Origin: a bacterium
Lineage (GTDB): Bacteria > Patescibacteriota > Patescibacteriia > SG8-24
NCBI GenBank assembly: GCA_023246225.1
Contig: JAHFIV010000001.1
Span: 46-64,045, forward strand
DNA: 64,000 bases
Direction: 5' to 3'
The notes under the pieces were generated by a model that saw only the letters and a list, made by a program, of their open reading frames with translations, was not told the DNA's origin and did no database searches. Position 1 is the stretch's first letter. Each line of letters opens with the position of its first letter. A program made the translations under genes and the position numbers. Shown here piece after piece: positions 1 to 7,915 of the stretch.

Positions 1-338
1 TCTATCTCCTTTGGTTTGAATACTATCCATCAATCCCCAAAACCCACCGCTTCACGCTCGGCCAGAGGATCGATGGTATTTTCATTGAAATCATCGAGAT
101 GACCAGCGTGGCCAGTTTTACACCTCGGCAGGAAAAGCTGCCCTACGTACGAGTAGCCATACGAAAATTAGATACAGCGAAAATTCTCCTTCTTGTTCTC
201 TGGGAAACCAAATCGCTTAATAACAAAAAGTATATCGTCTTGTCTGAAAAGCTCGAAGAGATTGGCAAGATGCTCGGAGGATGGCATGGACAGCTCATAA
301 AACAAAGCTCCCCCGAATCTGTTTCGAGGGAGCGATGA
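1..338 (+). CDS. avd: DGR accessory variability determinant (Avd-like four-helix bundle), 5'-truncated by window edge
   Basis: Frame is open from nt 3: YLLWFEYYPSIPKTHRFTLGQRID...KLDTAKILL...LEEIGKMLGGW, typical Avd motifs; abuts the TR. Confidence 0.9.
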   Translation, partial: YLLWFEYYPSIPKTHRFTLGQRIDGIFIEIIEMTSVASFTPRQEKLPYVRVAIRKLDTAKILLLVLWETKSLNNKKYIVLSEKLEEIGKMLGGWHGQLIKQSSPESVSRER

Positions 339-346
339 AGAGACTA

Positions 347-464
347 GCGAGGATCGCGGGGTTCTGGCCGTCGAACTTGTTGTCGAGCCAGTTGTAGTTC
401 CAGTTCCACCTGTCGCCGTTCCAGTACAGGTAGCGGACGTACAGGTTGCCGTTCGAATCGCGAT
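347..464 (-). ncRNA. DGR template repeat (TR)
   Basis: 118-bp ungapped match to 844-961; all 11 mismatches are at TR adenines (minus strand); rich in AAC/TAC codons in the target frame. Confidence 0.95.
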
Positions 465-720
465 CTCACGTGAAAACGCCGTCCAGTACACTGCCCATCG
501 ACCCTGCTCTCGCAGCTGCTCTCCAGGCTGTATCGTATTCGCGATCTATAATCGCCTAGCGTTTCACGCCAAGTTTCTTCATGTTAAGACTCATATCCGC
601 CGCGCCATTCTAAGCCTTGACCAAAAATGTTCCGAGCAAGAGTGAGTCGGGCTTGGCAGCAAAAAGCCGTGACCTTTTGCATATTCGCCTCACCTACAGG
701 CATGGTATAAAAATTGTTGT

Positions 721-762
721 AAAAAAGAAACGGGGCCCCGCACAGAAATCGTGCGAGGCCCC
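721..762 (-). terminator. GC hairpin plus U-tract downstream of DGR target (terminator and/or target-recognition hairpin)
   Basis: GGGGCCCCGCAC-N7-GTGCGAGGCCCC, followed on the minus strand by TTTCTTTTTT. Confidence 0.7.
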
Positions 763-836
763 AATGTACGGAGCGGAAGGACTAAGGGCCAAGGATCAAA
801 GGGCAAAGGACTACCCAAGGTTCCAAGGCCTAAAGC

Positions 837-1421
837 CTAACTTGCGAGGATCGCGGGGTTCTGGCCGTCGAACTCGTCGTCGAGCCAGCCGTAGTCCCAG
901 TTCCACCCGTCGCCGCGCCAGTACAGGGAGCGGACGCACAGGCTGCCGTTCGAATCGCGATACACCGTATCCCAGAAGAAGTGGTACAGGGTCTCGCCCT
1001 TCTCGTTCTTCTTCCACGAATCCGGGATCAGATGCGTGTTCGCGAGAAGGTGGTCGAGGACGCAGGCGTTGAGCACCGGCTTGCCCTTGAGCTCCTTGCG
1101 GAGGTCGTGGCCGACGATCGTCTTGCCGTTCTTCTGCCTTTTGGAGAAGTACAGGGTGATCTTCGACGGGTCGAACTCGATCTGGCCGCCCTTCGTGTGC
1201 GACTCAACACTCCATCCGTTCGGGATGTACGGCGCGGCGTCGCAGTCGATGAGGCGGCCGGGCCCGGCGGGGATGGCGTCGAACGCCCCCTCGATCAGGC
1301 TCTGCAGTCCTCCGAGCACACGCTCGACGGGGAGCGTCCCCTCGCGGACGCGACGGAAAAGGTCGTTCTGACGGCGAGCCAGGATGCCCAGCTGCTCGTC
1401 CGTGACAACATTGGTCGTCAT
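837..1421 (-). CDS. DGR target protein, 194 aa, probable C-type-lectin-like variable C-terminus
   Basis: Contains the VR (YRDSNGSLCVRSLYWRGDGWNWDYGWLDDEFDGQNPAILAS); AAGGAG SD upstream; fold is inferred. Confidence 0.9.
   Translation of the reverse strand: MTTNVVTDEQLGILARRQNDLFRRVREGTLPVERVLGGLQSLIEGAFDAIPAGPGRLIDCDAAPYIPNGWSVESHTKGGQIEFDPSKITLYFSKRQKNGKTIVGHDLRKELKGKPVLNACVLDHLLANTHLIPDSWKKNEKGETLYHFFWDTVYRDSNGSLCVRSLYWRGDGWNWDYGWLDDEFDGQNPAILAS
844..961 (-). repeat. DGR variable repeat (VR) at 3' end of target gene
   Basis: Adenine-specific divergence from TR 347-464; ends a few nt before the stop codon. Confidence 0.95.
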
Positions 1422-1587
1422 GACAAGACTCCTTCTTTGATGCCGCTGGCTTGCTGATAACGGAGGGAATCCCCGTTTCCCAGATTGCTTTTTGTTTGAA
1501 AGCGGCGGCCTAGGGCCAAAAATAGACCTTATTTTGGCTGCAAAACGCTGATTTCAAACGAAAAAGCATGTAAAGGATCAACGAAAT

Positions 1588-1616
1588 ACTCTAGCAGAAA
1601 ATAAAGGTAATGTCAA
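1588..1616 (-). promoter_or_regulatory. sigma70-type promoter for DGR target gene
   Basis: TTGACA-17 bp-TAGAGT with TG extension. Confidence 0.65.
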
Positions 1617-1666
1617 GTTGGTGTAGTAGAATTGATCGGATTTTTTGATCGTCCAAAAAATATAAC

Positions 1667-1706
1667 AAAATCCCAGCATGTGCTGGGACGTTGTTGGCTC
1701 CGGGTC
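1667..1706 (-). other. Probable displaced tRNA 3' end (att remnant) followed by a terminator hairpin
   Basis: Minus strand reads GACCCGGAGCCA then GTCCCAGCA-CA-TGCTGGGAT-TTTGTT. Confidence 0.45.
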
Positions 1707-1749
1707 GTGGAGGATGTTAGAACTGCAATCGAGACACAGACAACATACA

Positions 1750-2241
1750 TCAAGATTCCGATTCTCGTTTCAAAATAGTCACAATCTCTTTTTCTGTGTT
1801 TTTAAGAGAAACGTTTGCATCAACCATGATACTGACGATTCCCTGATCCAACACTTTTCTTTGCCATGTGACGTTGTCCATTATCCCGAGGCTTTCATTG
1901 TCTAATGTCGGATCGTTTTTCATTCGCTCTGCATTCCGTTTCAAGAGGATATCGAGTGGGCATTGCAATTGAATAATTTTGAAATCATCTTTCGTCATTG
2001 AGTGCAGCCTTTCATCAGGAAGATATGAAGTGAAGAAGATAACCTTTTCCATCCCGGCTACCGTATCATAAATTTTAGATGAGGATTGATGGCCATTATC
2101 CTCTGGCCACTCACCATCGTTGAGTTTTCTGATTTCCTCATCCATTTCTAAAACAGGAACAGCGAATTGTTGTGACTCTCGAATCAAATTAACCAGTGTT
2201 GTTTTACCAGAGCAAGGAGCTCCCAAGATCAAGAATTTCAT
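1750..2241 (-). CDS. P-loop NTPase, nucleoside-monophosphate/shikimate kinase-like
   Basis: N-terminal Walker A GAPCSGKTT; lid-like LLKRNAER; likely start is ATG 2241. Confidence 0.75.
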   Translation of the reverse strand: MKFLILGAPCSGKTTLVNLIRESQQFAVPVLEMDEEIRKLNDGEWPEDNGHQSSSKIYDTVAGMEKVIFFTSYLPDERLHSMTKDDFKIIQLQCPLDILLKRNAERMKNDPTLDNESLGIMDNVTWQRKVLDQGIVSIMVDANVSLKNTEKEIVTILKRESES

Positions 2242-2375
2242 ACTCTGCAATGATACCAGTCCGAATCCCACTCGTGGTAGTGTCAGCATTCCCAAACTCA
2301 CGATGTCAGATTTGATTTATTGATTCTCCGGCGTTCATTCTTTAATTCTATCCTACAAACTATTCAAGCTGAAGT

Positions 2376-3425
2376 TCAATAAAGCACCAACCGATCGGGA
2401 TACATAATAGATAATTGTGCAATGATCTCCCCCCAGTCTTTAAGTGGCTTTCCTGTCCATTTTTTTGTGATATCCAACTGTGCCAGCCAAAGGTGGTGAC
2501 GCAAGGATTCGTCGCTTGTAAAAATATTCACCGTCTTAATTTCTCGACGGAACTGGCTGTGCAGACTTTCAATGGGATTGGTTGTGTAAATCAATCGTCT
2601 CACAGGCGCACTGTAAGCAAAGTATGGAGCGATTTCAGACCACTCTTTCTCCCAGCGCACCAAAAACGGCTTGAAGTCTGGCCATTTTTCCATCATGTCA
2701 GTAAGACCGACACGCCCCGCCTCCTCAGTTGGAGCGGTGTACACCTCTTTCAAATCGCCACAAAATTTCTCTTTTCGGTGACCCTTAACGAAATGGCCAG
2801 TGCTTCGAATCATGTGATTCACGCACTGCTGTATGGTTGCGTTCGGAAAAACAGCCTTTATGGCCTGTGAGAAACCTTTCAGACCATCGATGCAACAGAT
2901 CAAAATATCTTCGACTCCTCTATTTTTTAAATCAGTGAGAACCTGCATCCAAAACTTTGCGCCTTCAGTATCCGCGATCCATATACCCAAAAGTTCTTTT
3001 TCGCCATCCATGTTCACACCCAAGGCGTGATAGCTGCATTTGGCAACAGTTTTGCCACTCTCGCGCACGGAGCAACGCATGCCGTCGAGAAAGACGATCG
3101 GATAGACGCGTGCAAGTGGTCTTGTTACCCACTCATGCATTTGTGGAAGCGTTTCCTCTATTGCATGTCCAATTTGCGTGCGCGAAGCGTCAATCCCATC
3201 TGCTTTTAAAATCTGCTGGATTCCTCCAGTGGTCATGCCTTTGGTTTTCAACGCGAGTATCTTTGCCTCAATACCATTTTTAGATAACGCCAAGCGGCTC
3301 CCGACCTCTTTTTCAATCATGGACCCCAAATCGACACTAAAATGTTCTTTCATGAACACTGACATCTCTTCTGCCGTTTTGATACCCTGCATTCTTTCCT
3401 GTGTTGCGATCGATAAAGATTCCAT
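2376..3425 (-). CDS. IS256/Mutator-family DDE transposase-like protein with internal N-terminal deletion
   Basis: YPIVFLDG, GEKELLGIW, ICCIDGLKGF, QQCVNH and IYTTNPIES motifs present; no terminal inverted repeats seen. Confidence 0.88.
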   Translation of the reverse strand: MESLSIATQERMQGIKTAEEMSVFMKEHFSVDLGSMIEKEVGSRLALSKNGIEAKILALKTKGMTTGGIQQILKADGIDASRTQIGHAIEETLPQMHEWVTRPLARVYPIVFLDGMRCSVRESGKTVAKCSYHALGVNMDGEKELLGIWIADTEGAKFWMQVLTDLKNRGVEDILICCIDGLKGFSQAIKAVFPNATIQQCVNHMIRSTGHFVKGHRKEKFCGDLKEVYTAPTEEAGRVGLTDMMEKWPDFKPFLVRWEKEWSEIAPYFAYSAPVRRLIYTTNPIESLHSQFRREIKTVNIFTSDESLRHHLWLAQLDITKKWTGKPLKDWGEIIAQLSIMYPDRLVLY

Positions 3426-3466
3426 AGATGTTTTTATGGTGATGTTAGTAGTCTCGTTGTCGAGTG

Positions 3467-4330
3467 TTAGGAAAAGCTGTGATCAAGAAGTTTTTTCAGC
3501 TCAGTGAGCAGTACTTTTTCATTGGAGGAGAAGTGCGTTTTCTCCTTACCTTTCAATTTTTGGATTACTTGCTCGATGCACAAAGAAAATCCTGACTGAA
3601 TGGTGTTTTGTTCAAGCGCCTTGACCGTCATGTCAGGGTCGGACAAAAACTCATAAATATGAGCGCTATTTGCGGTCGCTCGCAAAAAGATACGGCCCAC
3701 CGTCCTGAAATCCTTCGCGCTCCTGATTACGCTGTGACTCACCCGTTCGAAAAGCGTCTGAATGATTTGGTTGATCGTAAAATCTTTTATCGGACGCAGC
3801 TTTGGTTTGAGTTTAACGAATTCGACACGATAGCTCTCAGACAGACCGTACTGATCCATGAGCATTTTATAATCATCTTTTTCTTTTCCAAGATTCAATG
3901 AATTGCTGACAAGCGTAGTTGAGATGAAGAGAGAGTCGGCTAATTCCTTATTTGATGAGTAGCCGGCCGCCGCCTTGATCCTCAAAATCGCTTCCGCACG
4001 CTCCAATGGTTTCCAGGGGCGGCGGTTGTTTTGTATCTCGAAGCGCACGCGCTCAAGTTCTCCAGGCCTAAGAGCTGAGTAAATTCGACAGGGAATATTC
4101 TGCACGCCCAACTCTTTCGCGCAACGATAACGCCGATGGCCGTCGATGATGGTGTATTTCCCTTCGGAAGTCTTCGCGATAGCGAGAGGTTGTTGGATAC
4201 CCAATGTTCTCAAAGAAACGAGGAGACGGTTCTTCTCCCCATCCGTGTTGAAGCTTGTTCTTGGCTGATGCTCATCTTCTTGGATTGTGCTGAGCGGTAA
4301 CTCTCGAAATTCGATGTCGGTGTCTATCAT
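3467..4330 (-). CDS. ParB/RepB/Spo0J-family N-terminal domain protein
   Basis: QPRTSF, GIQQPL and IIDGHRRYR arginine patch, followed by an HTH-like segment (SNKELADSLFISTTLVSNSL). Confidence 0.85.
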   Translation of the reverse strand: MIDTDIEFRELPLSTIQEDEHQPRTSFNTDGEKNRLLVSLRTLGIQQPLAIAKTSEGKYTIIDGHRRYRCAKELGVQNIPCRIYSALRPGELERVRFEIQNNRRPWKPLERAEAILRIKAAAGYSSNKELADSLFISTTLVSNSLNLGKEKDDYKMLMDQYGLSESYRVEFVKLKPKLRPIKDFTINQIIQTLFERVSHSVIRSAKDFRTVGRIFLRATANSAHIYEFLSDPDMTVKALEQNTIQSGFSLCIEQVIQKLKGKEKTHFSSNEKVLLTELKKLLDHSFS

Positions 4331-4663
4331 AAAAAAATTTATTTATTGCGGGGCGTACCTTGGCACAAGCAAAAAAAATCGTCAAATATAAGACGGTTCT
4401 ATCAGTGCACGCGCCGCGATATGTTCACTGAACCTATTTCGCTCCTCCCCAGGCTCGCAACGTATATTAGGGAGCGCAATCGTCCCTAATTGGCGCAATT
4501 ATGAAAATTTGGTAGTAATTTTTTGCTAAAGATAAACAAGAAACGACGCTTCGCGGAAAAAATGGTGGCTTTACAATTGAGTCCACTTCCCTGCTCACTG
4601 CGACTTGAAGGGTCCTTGCACAAAAGATCTCTTGGCAGCTATCACCTCGACCGTGTTCTCTGC

Positions 4664-4702
4664 AAAAAGAAAACTCCCCACCGTGTTTTACGGTAGGGAG
4701 TT
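4664..4702 (-). terminator. Intrinsic terminator
   Basis: AACTCCCCACCGT...ACGGTAGGGAGTT hairpin with minus-strand U-tract. Confidence 0.65.
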
Positions 4703-4797
4703 GAAGAAGTCGCGACGATCATGGTCTGCATTGAGAACGATGGAGATACGCGCGAGTGCACGTCGGAAGCACTTACTCGACCACGCGAGCCCCGCGC

Positions 4798-5238
4798 TTA
4801 CGGTCGTTTGGCGCGACGCTGGAGAGAACTGCCACCGATGAGGAGCCAAAGTTGGTTCCGCAAATCGGCCCACGTCGCCGGTCCCTCGCCAAAGACTTCT
4901 CGGATGGACCGGTTGCCCACGGGCTCGAAGTTGACGAGATCGACATCGTCAGCGTTGAAGGACCCGGTTTCGAACGCGGGTTCTTGATCGACGAGTTTTG
5001 GCATCGTCGACGCCGGACTGGGTGTGCCAGGTTGGTGCTCGTCGATTCGGACGCCGTTCCTTACAAGGAATTCCCACAGGCGGGAATCCACGAAATCGGC
5101 ATCGATGTCCTCGGCACCAAATACCTCTGCGAGCGTGCACGCGAGGACGGAGTCAAACGTCACGATGTACCGGGCTCCGAAACCCGTGAGGATGGGATTG
5201 CCCGCCGTGTGGTCCACGCTGATCGACTTCTCTGCCAT
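4798..5238 (-). CDS. Hypothetical protein in a GC-rich block
   Basis: 146-aa ORF with purine-rich SD-like sequence upstream and a terminator downstream. Confidence 0.55.
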   Translation of the reverse strand: MAEKSISVDHTAGNPILTGFGARYIVTFDSVLACTLAEVFGAEDIDADFVDSRLWEFLVRNGVRIDEHQPGTPSPASTMPKLVDQEPAFETGSFNADDVDLVNFEPVGNRSIREVFGEGPATWADLRNQLWLLIGGSSLQRRAKRP

Positions 5239-5454
5239 TGGAGTCTTCCTTCTTGGGGATGGTCTGACATCTTCAACGCCTCCTCCCCCGGAAAGACCCC
5301 TCGTGTCGAGAGCGGAGGTTCCGGCGAGGGGGGCGGGGCGATGCTTATGTGGGAGGTACGGGGTTGCGGCGGGTGGACGAGATGGCGGCGAGCGTGTCGA
5401 CCGTTCCTTGTCGGTAGCCTTGCCGCCTGACTCTCCTACTTCGTGCAGGGAACC

Positions 5455-5940
5455 TTACAACAACGTAAGACTTGCCGCAAATTCCTCAAAACTTGGTTCT
5501 AGCGCCATGCTTTCTAGATGCATGGAGGATAGTTCGTACACGTTCCCATCCTTAAAAAAGATTAGAAAGTTTAAGAGTAAAAATATTCTTTCCTCACCTA
5601 GCTGAAGAGCATTTCTGATCACAAATTTGATCGCTGGAATGTCGAGGAAAGAAATAAATTCTTTACTGAGTAATTCGTTATCTCCTTTATTCATCGTTCC
5701 CACAACCATTTCTTCTAATCTCACCTGTGTATTGTAGGCAAGGTTATAGTCAGCTTCCTTTTGAGCATCGTACCGGTGACAATTTATGGAATAAAATACG
5801 AGACCGCCTGATGCTGTAGCTCTATAGGTAATACTGCTTCCCGGAGAATCGCTTTCTTCAATAAGCGTCTCTGTCCTTGTTGGTTCTTCTGGAAAATCCA
5901 CTTCAAAATCTGCCTCTTCCGAAACAATATGATATTTCAT
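5455..5940 (-). CDS. Hypothetical protein, one copy of the 'FEVDFPEEP' (PsbP/Mog1-like?) domain
   Basis: Paralogous to domains in 5937-6968 and 8527-9537. Confidence 0.75.
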   Translation of the reverse strand: MKYHIVSEEADFEVDFPEEPTRTETLIEESDSPGSSITYRATASGGLVFYSINCHRYDAQKEADYNLAYNTQVRLEEMVVGTMNKGDNELLSKEFISFLDIPAIKFVIRNALQLGEERIFLLLNFLIFFKDGNVYELSSMHLESMALEPSFEEFAASLTLL

Positions 5941-6968
5941 AAGCTTTTTTTTCTAAAAACAAAACTCGCCGTAAACTCCGCAAAGTTTGGCTCTGGAGTA
6001 TCTACGGGATACGTCACCGTCAATGTATAAGCATGGAGGTCCTTAAAAAAATTTGTGATTCTGCTGATATAAAAAAATTTCTCCGCGCCTACCGTCACAG
6101 AAAATTTAATTGCGAAGTTGACTGCTGGATAGCCAAGAAAGGAAATGTATTCTGCACTAAGTAGTTCAGAATCCTGGTACTGACTCAACATCCCCGTTAC
6201 CAACCCCACTAACCTTGCCTCCATGTTGTATGCAAGATCATATGCTACGGCTTTTTCATCGTCAAAGCTGTTGTACACGACGGAAAAAGTCGCTTGGTCG
6301 CGAATTGCTTCATAAAAAATTACGACACCTGAGGCAGTGATCCCTTCCTCGTGCTTTTCTGTCTTCTTTGGTTCTTCTGGGAAATCCACTTCAAATCCAG
6401 CCTCTTCACACACGAAGTGAAACTTCGAAAGAATTTTTTCTCTAAACTTGAAACTTGATTTAAACTCCTCAAAAGTCGGCTTCGCAGGAGCACGGAGTGG
6501 GTAAGTAATAGAGATCAGGTATGAATCCCGACCGTTAAAGAAAAAAGTGATTTTATATATCGTTGTATCAGATCTTAGTTCAGCATCGAGTGCCTGATGA
6601 CCAAGAAAGGAAGTGAAGCCTGAGTTCACCAATCGAGAACCCGCGCAGTCTCTCACTAGTGCTTTCAATGTATCTTCTAGAACTGCCTTCATGTTATACC
6701 GTGGATCACGCTCGTCGACATGCGCGCTCTCAAAACTGTAGTGCATTATAGAATAAAAAGAATCACCGAGCCCCGCTGTATACGAGATAGTCTTTGACCA
6801 ACCGCTTTCTGGATCTTCTTGTTTCTCTTCCTCCTTCCTAACTACGGAAGGAAAGTCCACTTCAAACCAAGAATCTTCGGCGATGTAATGGTGGCAACGT
6901 TCTTCTTCCTCGAGAACTTCCGGTGCGGGAGAGTTTTTACTGTTAAAAAATGATAAAAACTTTTTCAT
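5937..6968 (-). CDS. Hypothetical protein with two tandem 'FEVDFP' domains
   Basis: Likely start is MKKFLSFF at 6968; internal duplication HYIAEDSWFEVDFP / HFVCEEAGFEVDFP. Confidence 0.75.
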   Translation of the reverse strand: MKKFLSFFNSKNSPAPEVLEEEERCHHYIAEDSWFEVDFPSVVRKEEEKQEDPESGWSKTISYTAGLGDSFYSIMHYSFESAHVDERDPRYNMKAVLEDTLKALVRDCAGSRLVNSGFTSFLGHQALDAELRSDTTIYKITFFFNGRDSYLISITYPLRAPAKPTFEEFKSSFKFREKILSKFHFVCEEAGFEVDFPEEPKKTEKHEEGITASGVVIFYEAIRDQATFSVVYNSFDDEKAVAYDLAYNMEARLVGLVTGMLSQYQDSELLSAEYISFLGYPAVNFAIKFSVTVGAEKFFYISRITNFFKDLHAYTLTVTYPVDTPEPNFAEFTASFVFRKKSL

Positions 6969-7125
6969 AAGTCGTGATCTGCGTATTTTATTTTTATCTC
7001 GGTAATACGTGTATTCATGAAATTCGCGTTTATTTATGTTCTCCAAAAACTCGCGTGCATAGATGACTTTGGTTGATACTTCCACCAGGCATCTTGTTTT
7101 ATATACAGCACCCGTAGTGGCCACT

Positions 7126-7815
7126 CTAACCGTCACATGCGCATCCTGGAGGTTGATGACAAGTGTAGCTTCGACTGATACAGGAATTACCGCATGCTTT
7201 TCCTTTCGAGCATGTTTTGCAACAATAATTCTTTGGTGCTGGTCTAGGTGATGTTGAGGTTGTGGTAGGAACCGTGATTTTTTCCGCCACGTCCGGTAAT
7301 ACATTTATTCCGGGCAATTCCTGATTGAGTCGATAATTTCTTGAGGGAAACAGCAATGATGAAAGCCCATCATCACCTAGACCACCGAACCGATCAACTA
7401 CTCCTATGCATGGCCGCGAGTTAGTGATGTCCTCGTATAGATCTTCGGAAATCCGATATTCTCCAGTTTCCGAAACCGGGAAGTGTGTGTAACGTGTCTT
7501 TTCATAAGTGTAGAGATTCCCTTTCAAAGTCGAATAGCGCCTAAAAATAAGCGTGTTGCAATAATCAAACAGTCCGTTCGCACCCTGTGGATTCAACTGT
7601 TGAGTGTACCCTGAGCCATTCTCAACCTCTTTCAGTTGGCAATCTTTAAAAATAGATGGTAGCTCAGCCCATTCAAGCGGCAGTACACATTGCCGAACTG
7701 CAACTACTGGTGTCGTTGACGGTTGTAGTGAAGCGACTTCTTGACATCCGGCACCGATTAATATCAATGAAGTAACGATTAGGACAAACGTAGAATTAAT
7801 TTTTACATGCAGCAT
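7126..7815 (-). CDS. Putative lipoprotein with C-terminal Cys-rich motif
   Basis: Lipobox-like LILIGAGC; tail CCKTCSKGKACGNSCISRSYTCHQPPGCACDG. Confidence 0.75.
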   Translation of the reverse strand: MLHVKINSTFVLIVTSLILIGAGCQEVASLQPSTTPVVAVRQCVLPLEWAELPSIFKDCQLKEVENGSGYTQQLNPQGANGLFDYCNTLIFRRYSTLKGNLYTYEKTRYTHFPVSETGEYRISEDLYEDITNSRPCIGVVDRFGGLGDDGLSSLLFPSRNYRLNQELPGINVLPDVAEKITVPTTTSTSPRPAPKNYCCKTCSKGKACGNSCISRSYTCHQPPGCACDG

Positions 7816-7915
7816 AGTCAGCTTCTAGCCAATAAAATTTGCGCGTTCGTTAACGAGGAAACGCGAGTGACCACTGTTCCCTTACCATTTTACACCCGTG
7901 TCCCGTGTGGATGGG

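Noticed and set aside
168-491. 107-aa minus-strand ORF over the TR
   Set aside because: Off-frame Thr/Ser-rich reading of the template repeat that runs antisense into avd.
1-1700. DGR reverse transcriptase
   Set aside because: No ORF with RT motifs is in the window; its position upstream is only inferred.
1716-1723. CGTGGAGG shared with the tRNA-Ser 5' edge (17658-17665) as an att core
   Set aside because: Only 8 bp; a chance match is plausible and there is no flanking support.
2340-3470. Intact IS256 element
   Set aside because: No terminal inverted repeats or target-site duplication found by eye.
6969-7304. N-terminal extension of the 455-aa ORF
   Set aside because: Overlaps the lipoprotein gene in another frame; the start at 6968 is more plausible.
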